From a virus (taxonomy: Duplodnaviria; Caudoviricetes), in IMG/VR virus record IMGVR_UViG_3300031111_000035, positions 1 through 25,532 of that record: 25,532 bases of DNA, one strand, 5' to 3'. The notes beneath the pieces are model-generated. The model saw only the letters and a list, made by a program, of their open reading frames with translations, did not search any database and was not told where the DNA came from. Shown piece after piece: positions 8,228 through 16,975 of this stretch; positions within the stretch are counted from its first letter, which is position 1, and each line of letters begins with the position of its first letter. A program made the position numbers and the translations under genes.

Positions 8228-9235
8228 ATGTCAGAGCCCACACTCACAACGGTCCTGGACGACTTGAAGCTTGACGTTGCGTATCAACTTGGGTTCTCGC
8301 GGACCGAGGCGAAGTGGAGCGCGGAGCGGCTGGCGTTGATCACAAATGTGATTAATCAGGGGTACAGGCGGTTCCTGTTCCCGGAGATCATAGATAACGA
8401 TCGCGTCCCGCACAAGTGGAGCTTCCTCGAACCGGTGACGACGCTTGTGGTGTGGCCTGAGACAACCGGCACGACCAGCGGCGCCCCGTCCTACGACGGG
8501 AGCACGTACTCGACAATCACCGCGACCGCGAACAAGTTCTATCCGTCAATGGTCGACGGCAGCTTTGTCTTCGACACGTCAGAAAACAGCTATACCGTCG
8601 CTGAATACGTCAGCGCGACGCAGATCAAGGTGCTTGGCGATGCCAGCGGCGAAGACTCCGGCGACACCTTCACAATGACGCCGACCGGCGACTACCGGCT
8701 CCCGGACGACTTCGGCGGCATTGTCGGATCTTTCTACATCATTGACCAGGACACGTACCCGCTTAAAGTACGCCGCGTCGGTATCGGCCAGATCCACAAG
8801 CTTCGTGCAGAGAATACGTACACCGACACGCCGCAGTACTTCGCAATCGCGTCCGTGGCAATGACGGGCGCCGCAGGGCAGCGGCAACAAGCTCTGATGT
8901 ATCCGACGCCGGATGCGATCACTACCCTCACCTACCGCTATGCCGTGCTTCCGGATGCGCTTACTGCATCCCTCGACTATCCGCGCGGCATTGAGGCGCA
9001 TTCCGAGACGGTTCGGCTTGCATGCCTTGCGGAGGCAGAGGTCGAAGCGGACGGCGTCGCCGGTACGTATGAGATCAAATTTCAGCGCGCATTACGTGCA
9101 AGCATAGGTCGTGACAGGCGCGACCATATGCCGGACAACCTCGGCAAGAACAAAGACGACTCGCCGTGGTTGACGGCATACACGTATGACCGCACACTCG
9201 GTGCGATAATCACCAGAAACGGAACGCCAATTTAG
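8228..9235 (+). CDS. Head-tail adaptor (tail tubular protein A-like) with inserted domain
   Basis: INQGYRR...WSFL, YRLPDDF and YPTPD...LTYRY motifs typical of podoviral adaptors. AAGGA RBS. Confidence 0.7.
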   Translation: MSEPTLTTVLDDLKLDVAYQLGFSRTEAKWSAERLALITNVINQGYRRFLFPEIIDNDRVPHKWSFLEPVTTLVVWPETTGTTSGAPSYDGSTYSTITATANKFYPSMVDGSFVFDTSENSYTVAEYVSATQIKVLGDASGEDSGDTFTMTPTGDYRLPDDFGGIVGSFYIIDQDTYPLKVRRVGIGQIHKLRAENTYTDTPQYFAIASVAMTGAAGQRQQALMYPTPDAITTLTYRYAVLPDALTASLDYPRGIEAHSETVRLACLAEAEVEADGVAGTYEIKFQRALRASIGRDRRDHMPDNLGKNKDDSPWLTAYTYDRTLGAIITRNGTPI

Positions 9236-9246
9236 GAGACCACGGA

Positions 9247-9534
9247 ATGGCAGCAACGAAATATGGTAAACTGACGGTCACAACGGCTGCGCAAGACATC
9301 GGCGACGCCGAGCCGCAGGAGTTCTGCTTCCAGACGCCAGCCGACAACAGCGGGAGCGTGTTCATCGCGTTCAACGGCGATACGGCTGTCGACGATCAAG
9401 GGTGGAACCTGGCGCCAGGCAAGGACGTCACCAACAAAGACGTCCCGGAGGCGTTCAAGCGCGGCCCGTTCAGCATCATCGGAACAGCCGACGACGTCCT
9501 CTACTACACATTCAGCAGAACGCGCGGTTCCTGA
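9247..9534 (+). CDS. Small beta-rich virion-associated protein
   Basis: 95 aa, AGGAG RBS, pattern NSGSVFIAF...GWNLAPG. Confidence 0.6.
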   Translation: MAATKYGKLTVTTAAQDIGDAEPQEFCFQTPADNSGSVFIAFNGDTAVDDQGWNLAPGKDVTNKDVPEAFKRGPFSIIGTADDVLYYTFSRTRGS

Positions 9535-9552
9535 TCACTCTGAGGAGTTGAT

Positions 9553-10593
9553 ATGAACTTTCAGTTCGGCCATAAATGGGGTTTGCTGATTACCGTAGAC
9601 CCGCCCGTCAACTCTGTGGCCCCCGTGGTCACAGGAGTTGGGTACAACGGCCAGACTATGTCGACGACGAACGGGACGTGGACCGGCGACGTTGACAGCT
9701 ATTCGTATCAATGGCAGGCGAACGGCATCGACATCTTTGGCGCGACGTCGAGCACGTATACGGTCACGTCGACTACAGAGGGCACGTCAATCACATGTCA
9801 GGTGATCGCCAGCAATGCAGGGGGTTCATCTGATCCAGCCAACTCGAACGCCATCCACAACTGGATACCGTCCGACGCCACCCTGCGCACCTGGATAGAT
9901 TCATCCGACACGAGCACAATCACGGCAACCGGCGACGATGTTGATCAAATCGACGACAAATCCGAGAACGGATATGATTTCGTCTCACTAGGAACTCCGA
10001 CCACTGGCACGCGTAGCCTCAATAGTCTCAATGTTATTGACTTTAACGGCGGCGAAGGGTTGGAGAGTACCTCATTACAGTTGCCTTCAAACGGGAATTT
10101 TGTCGTCGTCCATTTGGCTGTCATTGACTCGGTGAACGACTTCTTGCAGAGTTTACACTCTTGGCAGGCGGCGGACGACTATCAGTTTCAAGCCAGCGAG
10201 GGTGACCCAACAACAGAGTTTGACGGTCGCGTTAACACTACGGAAGCCACGTCATTCAATTTGACCGGCGGCCCCTATTCCGGACCGGTCGTGACGGTTG
10301 TTGTGTTCGACTACAGCGCGAACACAATTTCCGCGCGAATGGACGGAACTGATAGGGGATCGGTCAACGATTACAATTCGCCTGTCTCGCAGACAGGTGC
10401 CTATTTCTCAATCTTCGCGAACCGCAGTCAATCAGAACGACCGAATGGCGCGGCGGCCGACTTCGTTATTCTGGATGACGTGGACAGCGCGACCATTCAG
10501 AAGGCAGAAGGATACATGGCCTGGAAGTGGGATCGCGTATCCCAGCTCGACGCTGGTCACACCTACAAATCCGCACCCCCGACAGCGGCATAA
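9553..10593 (+). CDS. Ig-like + LamG/ConA-like virion protein, paralog 1
   Basis: GAGGAG RBS. N-terminal PVN..PVVTG...GTWTG..SYSYQW Ig-like pattern. C-terminal WIDSSD...DKSENG...EGYMAWKW...HTYK domain. Confidence 0.7.
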   Translation: MNFQFGHKWGLLITVDPPVNSVAPVVTGVGYNGQTMSTTNGTWTGDVDSYSYQWQANGIDIFGATSSTYTVTSTTEGTSITCQVIASNAGGSSDPANSNAIHNWIPSDATLRTWIDSSDTSTITATGDDVDQIDDKSENGYDFVSLGTPTTGTRSLNSLNVIDFNGGEGLESTSLQLPSNGNFVVVHLAVIDSVNDFLQSLHSWQAADDYQFQASEGDPTTEFDGRVNTTEATSFNLTGGPYSGPVVTVVVFDYSANTISARMDGTDRGSVNDYNSPVSQTGAYFSIFANRSQSERPNGAAADFVILDDVDSATIQKAEGYMAWKWDRVSQLDAGHTYKSAPPTAA

Positions 10594-10604
10594 GGAGGTT
10601 ATTT

Positions 10605-11651
10605 ATGAATTTTCAGTTCGGCCATACATGGGGACTGCTGAGTGCCGTAGGAGCGCCCGTCAACACAGTGCCGCCTGTCGTCACCGGTGTAGGGTACGTC
10701 GGACAAACGATGTCCACCACAAACGGAACATGGACAGGCGGCGTTGATAGCTACAGCTACCAATGGCAGGCGAACGAGGTCAACATCCTCGGGGCCACGT
10801 CCTCAACCTATGACGTCACTATCGACAAAGAAGGCGCGTCGATTCGATGTGTCGTCACGGCGATCAACGCGGCAGGCTCGACCCCGGCTAACTCGAACGC
10901 TGTTCACAACTGGACGCCGCTGGACGACGATACCAGCCTGGAGTTCCTCCACGATCCGAGCTACGGCGACAGCCTTACGAAGGTCGGGGATCGGGTGAGT
11001 CAAATCGCCGACAGGAGCACAAACGGGTTCGACCTAACCCAAAGCGTATCTGCCGAGCGACCACGAACCGGCTCTGATACCATCGGAGGGCTGAATTGCC
11101 TGGGGTCGCCGGACGCCGAGCGGTGGATGCGCACTACTGCCGCCGTAGCAATGCCGTCGTCCGGAGATCTGGCTACGTTCATCGTGTTCGAAAACACCGG
11201 CCCACCTGCAGGAAACACCGCGTCAATTGTTAGCCAAAGCGGAACAGAAGATTACCAATACCAAGCAGACAGTCCAAGCGATTTCGACGGCAAAACCCAA
11301 GGCGGCGTATGTGAGAGTTTCACGTTGTCGGGGTCACCACACAATGGGCCTTCCGTACATGGCGTGATACTGGATTGGACGGGCGCGGGGACGGTAGCCG
11401 TGAACGTCGACGGAACAGAGCGAGGCTCGGAATCGTACACAACGAAGCTGTCGTCTCCGAACGTGCTTCGACTTGGCCGGAATCGAGGCGAAACGAACGG
11501 TCTTACGGACGCCTGGGGCATGCACGTTGGAACGTCTGATGTGTCCTCTGCGAATGTTGCACGGTACGAAGGGTACCTTGCATGGCGGTATGGCCTTGAA
11601 GACAACCTCCCGGTAGGTCACACGTACAAATCTTCACCCCCAACAGTCTAA
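10605..11651 (+). CDS. Ig-like + LamG/ConA-like virion protein, paralog 2
   Basis: True start is ATG 10605 (AAGGAGG RBS; MNFQFGH as in paralog 1), not 10527. Same architecture, ending EGYLAWRY...HTYKSSPPT. Confidence 0.7.
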   Translation: MNFQFGHTWGLLSAVGAPVNTVPPVVTGVGYVGQTMSTTNGTWTGGVDSYSYQWQANEVNILGATSSTYDVTIDKEGASIRCVVTAINAAGSTPANSNAVHNWTPLDDDTSLEFLHDPSYGDSLTKVGDRVSQIADRSTNGFDLTQSVSAERPRTGSDTIGGLNCLGSPDAERWMRTTAAVAMPSSGDLATFIVFENTGPPAGNTASIVSQSGTEDYQYQADSPSDFDGKTQGGVCESFTLSGSPHNGPSVHGVILDWTGAGTVAVNVDGTERGSESYTTKLSSPNVLRLGRNRGETNGLTDAWGMHVGTSDVSSANVARYEGYLAWRYGLEDNLPVGHTYKSSPPTV

Positions 11652-11666
11652 AAAAGAGGAAAGACA

Positions 11667-12041
11667 ATGTCAACGTATCAAAAGCAAAACGAAGTAGCTC
11701 AAAACGAGGACTTTCGAGCGATGGTCCGCATGTCTATCATCGAAAGTTCAATCGCCGTCCAGGCAGAAGACCCGGCAGACCTCTCCCCGCCCACTGGGTT
11801 TGAGCCCGGCGGTGCGGACCGTAAGCAAAACTGGCATCTGAGGCGATCAGGCAGAGCCGTCTCTATCCTCAACAATCCGGCTCACTATGTCGAAGCGTAT
11901 GCGTTCTCTGTCGCAAATGAGATGGGAGCGTACCTCGACGGTACGGACTTGAAGTGGGGATCTGATCAAGCGCTGACCGACAGCGACATGCTTTTCACGA
12001 CGAACGCATTGTTCGACGCGTTCTCAGGTTCTCACTCGTAA
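11667..12041 (+). CDS. Hypothetical phage protein
   Basis: 124 aa, GAGGA RBS, fills the gap in the operon. Confidence 0.65.
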   Translation: MSTYQKQNEVAQNEDFRAMVRMSIIESSIAVQAEDPADLSPPTGFEPGGADRKQNWHLRRSGRAVSILNNPAHYVEAYAFSVANEMGAYLDGTDLKWGSDQALTDSDMLFTTNALFDAFSGSHS

Positions 12042-12066
12042 CGAAACCAAGATAGGAGCAGCCAAC

Positions 12067-12309
12067 ATGGCAAACCCAGAACAATTCGGACGCTTCCTCG
12101 AAGAAGCCTCCGTAGTCGAAATGGTCAACGGCGTCAAACACGTCGCCAAAGTCTATGTCCGAGGCGACACGGTCCCGACCGATGGCGACAAGAACTACGC
12201 GAAGGGTTGTATCTTCGTGAAGACTGACGGCACGACCTTGGACGACATCTTGTATCTCAACATCGGCACCGCGGCGTCTTGCAACTTCGACGCCATGGTC
12301 AACTCGTAA
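12067..12309 (+). CDS. Small virion-associated hypothetical protein
   Basis: 80 aa, AGGAG RBS, motif VPTD...YAKGCIF..TD...LYLNIGT. Confidence 0.65.
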   Translation: MANPEQFGRFLEEASVVEMVNGVKHVAKVYVRGDTVPTDGDKNYAKGCIFVKTDGTTLDDILYLNIGTAASCNFDAMVNS

Positions 12310-12320
12310 GCAGAGGCACA

Positions 12321-14711
12321 ATGGCACGTAGCAGGAAAATCAAGCTGCGTTTCCCGGTCAAAGGACTTGATAGGCGACTGTCGTTCGAACGGCAGCCGCC
12401 TTACTCGTCCCCTGACCTGAGTAACGTTCGGGTATCGGAGGTCTACGACGAACGCGAACGAGGCGGTTCCAGGCCCGGCACGGGCAAGGCAATCCTCACA
12501 CAGCTTGGCAGCGGCAACACTGTCAATTTGCTTGCCAGCGTGACATCTGCAGATTCATCCGGGTTCAGGCAGTTCGTTGAGAACTTCAACATCACACAGC
12601 TCTCGGGGAACGGTTGGGCGGCTGTCTCAAGCTACTCGTCAAACCTCCCTGGGATCTACGAGTCAGGCAGCGCTATTGTTGACGACGTCGAGAAAGCCGG
12701 CGCGATTCGTGACGCTCTCGACCCGGCGCTTGATAACACTCAGGCGTACACCGTCGAGGTTGACCTTGCGACATACGAAGGTCAGTACGGCGGGAAGTAC
12801 TACCTGTGGGCATGCGCCAACGACTCTTCACCGGACCCATACGACGAAGGGCTTGTGGCCGAACTGATCATGGACGATGAAACCGACGCCTATGAGGGCA
12901 CGCTCTACCACTACAAGAGCGGGAGCCTTGACGCGTCGTATGCATTCAGCTCCGGCGGCGGTAGCGGCAACGCGACTGCCGGGAAGTTCTGGTTCCTGAT
13001 CAACGGCAGTTCAGTCAAGGTTTACTGGAACAGCACACAGCTCACGTCGCAGACGTTGACGCTGACCAGTCCCACAACGCACCGCCGCGTCGGGTTTGCC
13101 CTCGAATGCACAGTAGAAGGCGGGGCGTGTCTTGTGTCTTCGTTCAAGGCGCAGTACTACACCGACGACACACTGAACGAAACACAACGGACGATCCGCG
13201 TAGCGGCGAGCAACGGCACGTTGTACAAGGAAACAACAGAGGGGACGATGGAGGCCGTGTCGTCTAACCTCGACCTGAACAGCTCGCTTCGGATACGCAC
13301 AGCCGAGTATCAGAACAAGCTCTACATCGCGGACAGAGGCGACGTCAGGGCGGACGGCACGGACGGGGTGATCTCGGGGTCGACCCTTGACGCCGCAAGC
13401 GTAGCCGACTGGTCTGCGATCAACCTGGATACCTACAACTATGCCGTTGTGATCACGAACGGAACCGGCGCTGTCACGGACGGAACCTACTACATAGACT
13501 CTATCGCCGCAGGAGAACTGACCTTGACCGCGGCCCCTGGCGACGGATCGTGTTCATTTCACATCGAACGGGCTCCGAAGATCTACGACCCGACAGCCGA
13601 CACACTCACGCTTTGGCAGGCGTCAAGCGGGAACGGCCAAGTACCGACGGGCTGTGACAACATCGACCGGTACCGAGGCCGGATCGTCATGGCGAAGAAC
13701 GATGAGAACCTCTGGTACGTCAGCCGGCAGTTCGATCCGTTGGACTGGAACTACGGCGCCGACTCAACCGACTACGGTCGTGCGGTTGCCGGCAGTGCAG
13801 CGGAAGCGGGCGAAGTCGGCCAGAACATCAAAGCTATCATGCCGTACAACGACGACTACATGCTGTTCGGATGCGAATCGTCGATCTGGATACTCCGCGG
13901 CGACCCCGCCACCCCAAGCGCCACCCTAGGCCCTGTATCGCGCGCTGTGGGCTGTGTCGGCGGCGATGCATGGTGCACTACGGATCGCGGCGAAATCGTC
14001 TTCCTGGCCGATTCAGGGCTTTACGCGCTGGCCGCAGGAGGCGACGGGTTCCCGGCGCAGATCTCCGTCAGGCTCCCTAGAGAGTTGAAGGGCTTGAACA
14101 GCGACCTGTATCAAGTATCTCTGGCATACGACCGCCGCGACCAGGGCGTTCACATCTTCGTGTATCAGTCAGGCGTCACGCAAGGACACTGGTGGGTCGA
14201 CTGGAAGCGCGACGGCGCATACGGGATTTTCCCCGTGTCGCTGCCTGACGCACAGACCCCGTTCTGCACGCTACAGACGAGCAACGTCATTCAGGACTCA
14301 ACCCACGTCATGATGGGCTGTGAAGACGGCTACCTTCGTTTCTTCTCCGACTTCTTCAATACTGACGACGGCACAGAGATTGAGAGCTATGTCGACATCG
14401 GCCCGTTCGCCCTTGGCGACGGCGCCAGCCGTGAAGGCCGTATTCAGTCGATGCAGGCGACGCTCGGATACACGTCAGGCAGTGTGGATTGGAGCGTTCG
14501 TGTAGATCGCAGCGCAGAGGCCGCGTTCCTCTCGGAGACGTTCGACTCCGGGACGTGGGACAACACCGAAGGCGTGCAGCTTACAGACCGGCTCAAGCTC
14601 CGCGGCATGGCGTGCATCATCCGCCTCGACAACAGCGGCCTGACGCCGTGGAGCATGGAGCACATTTCGGCAATCCTTGAGAAACTTGCAGAACAGAGGC
14701 TGATTACCTGA
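12321..14711 (+). CDS. Tail nozzle / tail tubular protein B-like (P22 gp10 / T7 gp12 position)
   Basis: Start moved to ATG 12321 (GAGG RBS). About 796 aa, beta-rich. N-terminal FPVKGLD...P...NV and propeller-type YRGRIVMA...LWYVS...DW motifs. Confidence 0.72.
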   Translation: MARSRKIKLRFPVKGLDRRLSFERQPPYSSPDLSNVRVSEVYDERERGGSRPGTGKAILTQLGSGNTVNLLASVTSADSSGFRQFVENFNITQLSGNGWAAVSSYSSNLPGIYESGSAIVDDVEKAGAIRDALDPALDNTQAYTVEVDLATYEGQYGGKYYLWACANDSSPDPYDEGLVAELIMDDETDAYEGTLYHYKSGSLDASYAFSSGGGSGNATAGKFWFLINGSSVKVYWNSTQLTSQTLTLTSPTTHRRVGFALECTVEGGACLVSSFKAQYYTDDTLNETQRTIRVAASNGTLYKETTEGTMEAVSSNLDLNSSLRIRTAEYQNKLYIADRGDVRADGTDGVISGSTLDAASVADWSAINLDTYNYAVVITNGTGAVTDGTYYIDSIAAGELTLTAAPGDGSCSFHIERAPKIYDPTADTLTLWQASSGNGQVPTGCDNIDRYRGRIVMAKNDENLWYVSRQFDPLDWNYGADSTDYGRAVAGSAAEAGEVGQNIKAIMPYNDDYMLFGCESSIWILRGDPATPSATLGPVSRAVGCVGGDAWCTTDRGEIVFLADSGLYALAAGGDGFPAQISVRLPRELKGLNSDLYQVSLAYDRRDQGVHIFVYQSGVTQGHWWVDWKRDGAYGIFPVSLPDAQTPFCTLQTSNVIQDSTHVMMGCEDGYLRFFSDFFNTDDGTEIESYVDIGPFALGDGASREGRIQSMQATLGYTSGSVDWSVRVDRSAEAAFLSETFDSGTWDNTEGVQLTDRLKLRGMACIIRLDNSGLTPWSMEHISAILEKLAEQRLIT

Positions 14712-15022
14712 TGGCCAAGTACGGATATGTCCCGAAGCGGTTTACCTTGGCAGAGATGCAGATTGCGTTCCAGCAGTTGTACAAGATCCTGTCAACGCCG
14801 GGCATTGGCGATTTGCCAGACTTTACGCTGGCCGAACTCAACGCCAGGATCACAGACGCCAATGTAGACGCCGACGGCGACCCGCGAGTTCCAACCGCCC
14901 ACGCCTCGACTCACTTCCCGAACGGTTCTGACGATGTCGTCGGGTTGTTGGTTGTGGAAGATACGCTGAACGGCCTTATGGTCGATGACACAAGCAAAAC
15001 ACTTTTGATGTGGAGTAAATAA
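14711..15022 (+). CDS. Small tail-fibre-associated protein
   Basis: 103 aa, TGATG coupling to the nozzle gene, contains PTAHASTH..GSD, a motif seen in fibre proteins. Confidence 0.55.
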   Translation: MAKYGYVPKRFTLAEMQIAFQQLYKILSTPGIGDLPDFTLAELNARITDANVDADGDPRVPTAHASTHFPNGSDDVVGLLVVEDTLNGLMVDDTSKTLLMWSK

Positions 15023-15024
15023 CC

Positions 15025-16422
15025 ATGGCAGTCACCGCCGACTATCTCTGTCAATACGTTGCCGGGAACCAGCTCAAGGCCGAACTTGAACTGATCACCG
15101 CCCTCGGCAGCGGGACAGACTCGCAGATACCGACCGCAGCAGCAGTGGAGACGGCCATCAGCGGATCTTCGCACAATCCCGTCACCATTGCAGCCGGCAG
15201 CGCAGCGGCGCTATCCTTGTCCACACAGGAACTGTCCATCGAAGCCGGGCTGAACGCAATCGCAGGGTTGGCGAAGACGGACGGCAACATCATTGTCGGC
15301 GACGGGTCGACGTGGGTAGCGGAGTCCGGCGCGACCGCTCGCGCATCGCTTGGTCTTGGCAGTATAGCGACGCAGGCGGCGGGCAGCGTAAACATCGACG
15401 GCGGCGCAATTGACGGGACAACCATCGGCGCGGCAAGCGCGGCGGCGGGTACGTTCTCGGCATTGACAGATTCTGCGCTCACTTCAGGCCGTGTCACCTA
15501 CGCAACGACCGGCGGGTTGTTGGCCGATTCCGCAAATCTGACGTTTGACGGGACAACGCTCACGGCGCATACGCTGACAGTATCAACAGGCAAATTGACA
15601 ATGCCAGCGGCTGGCGAGATCGAGGCGGCTACAAGCCTGGAGCTAGATTCTCCGCTGGTCGGGATTGGTGGTACACCCTCTGAGAAGATGGAGATATTCA
15701 ATGACGCAAGCTGGCAGCTAGCCCTGACAAACACTGGTGTCGGTGGAGCAAAATGGTATGTCGGCTCTAGCAATAATGGCTGGTTTTCTGACGGTGGGAA
15801 GTTCATCATTTCGTACAATACCGTGTCCAGTAGCGCGGCACTGGCTATCGCCTCCGACGGCAACGTCGGCATCAACACAACCGGGCCAGACCGCAAGCTA
15901 GACGTCCTCGACGCCAGCAACCCGCAGATTAGGTACACCCATACGGATGGCAGCGTATACGGCGAGATCCAGGCGGACAGCAGCGGTTACACAATATTTA
16001 CGACGACTGGAGCATTGTTCAACCTGAACGGGAATACGGTGCTTGGCGGAACGTCAATAGGAACGTCAGCAACTATGACGCTGGGGCTCAACACCGGCAC
16101 GGCCCCCGGCTCCAGCCCTGCGGATATGTTCCAGATGTACTCGGCGGACCAAGCCGCCGGAAACGCCTGCCCGCATTTTCGCTGTGAAAACGGGAACGTC
16201 GTAAAGCTCTACCAGGAAACCGCACTGACGTCGCAACTGACGACCATAACTCACACCGCGCCCGGCACGTCGGATTACGCGATTCAGACTCTGACCAACT
16301 CAGGCGGTTATGCATTTGTGACGGCGGATGAAGGGCATACCGTCCTGGCAGTGATTGCAAACTTGCAGGCGCGAGTAGCGGAACTGGAAACTCGACTTCA
16401 GGCACACGGCCTGCTTGCTTAA
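15025..16422 (+). CDS. Tail fibre protein
   Basis: G/A/S/T-rich. ARASLGLGSIATQ, IDGGAIDGTTIG and GNVGINTTGPDRKLDV fibre motifs. C-terminal coiled coil LQARVAELETRL. Confidence 0.8.
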   Translation: MAVTADYLCQYVAGNQLKAELELITALGSGTDSQIPTAAAVETAISGSSHNPVTIAAGSAAALSLSTQELSIEAGLNAIAGLAKTDGNIIVGDGSTWVAESGATARASLGLGSIATQAAGSVNIDGGAIDGTTIGAASAAAGTFSALTDSALTSGRVTYATTGGLLADSANLTFDGTTLTAHTLTVSTGKLTMPAAGEIEAATSLELDSPLVGIGGTPSEKMEIFNDASWQLALTNTGVGGAKWYVGSSNNGWFSDGGKFIISYNTVSSSAALAIASDGNVGINTTGPDRKLDVLDASNPQIRYTHTDGSVYGEIQADSSGYTIFTTTGALFNLNGNTVLGGTSIGTSATMTLGLNTGTAPGSSPADMFQMYSADQAAGNACPHFRCENGNVVKLYQETALTSQLTTITHTAPGTSDYAIQTLTNSGGYAFVTADEGHTVLAVIANLQARVAELETRLQAHGLLA

Positions 16423-16452
16423 ACCCCAAACCACAAAGGAACCCGAAGCAAC

Positions 16453-16926
16453 ATGAACGACGACAACAACGAGCTGACCTACGGCGACATCGAGCAGATG
16501 TACTTGGCTCTGAAGAGCCCGCAGTTGGCAGCAGTCAGCCCAACCAAACACACCGTCAAGTTCTTCTACGCGTGCAACATCAACGCAAGGCGGATCTTGC
16601 CCTGCGTCCTGGCGGCAGACGAGCCGTTGAAGGAATACAGCGAGAAAGTCGCCAAGGTGCAACGCGAGACTGTTGGCGACGAACGCACCGCCGCAATCGC
16701 AGACCTCAACAAAGAGTACTCTGATGAACTGGATCAAAAGAACATTATCAGGGGGGAAAAGGTTGACGTCAAGCTCCACATGGTCGACTTTGAGACATTG
16801 CCCGAAGTCGAGTGGGGAGTCCTTGCTCCCCTCATGCCATTCGTCCGCAAACCAAGAGAGGATGAACCCAATGAAAAAGTTGGTGATTCTGGCAATTGTG
16901 ATGCTGGCAGTGTGCATGACGCTTAG
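16453..16926 (+). CDS. Helical hypothetical protein after the fibre (possible assembly chaperone, DUF1617-like pattern)
   Basis: 157 aa, AAAGGA RBS, charged helices ending KVDVKL...LP....LAPLMPFV. Confidence 0.55.
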   Translation: MNDDNNELTYGDIEQMYLALKSPQLAAVSPTKHTVKFFYACNINARRILPCVLAADEPLKEYSEKVAKVQRETVGDERTAAIADLNKEYSDELDQKNIIRGEKVDVKLHMVDFETLPEVEWGVLAPLMPFVRKPREDEPNEKVGDSGNCDAGSVHDA

Positions 16927-16951
16927 CGCGTGCAAGGCCCTGTTCTTGTAA
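16871..16951 (+). CDS. 26-aa lipoprotein-signal micro-ORF
   Basis: MKKLVILAIVMLAVCMTLSACKALFL*. GAGGA at 16858-16862 is 8 nt before the ATG. n-region KK, hydrophobic h-region, lipobox LSA-C21. Confidence 0.6.
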   Translation: MKKLVILAIVMLAVCMTLSACKALFL

Positions 16952-16975
16952 CCCACAAAGCGTATCGACACACAT

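Noticed and set aside
10527-10604. Upstream extensions in the ORF track (10527, also 2727, 4487, 12279, 16673)
   Set aside because: They overlap the previous genes. Downstream ATGs have clear RBSs, and 10605 matches the paralog's N-terminus.
9553-11651. DGR template/variable repeat pair
   Set aside because: Mismatches include many C/G and C/T changes at synonymous sites rather than adenine-only changes. Both copies are intact genes, and no reverse transcriptase is in the window.
16453-16951. Rz/Rz1 spanin pair
   Set aside because: The 157-aa protein has no N-terminal transmembrane segment, and the mature lipopeptide (6 aa) is too short for a typical o-spanin.
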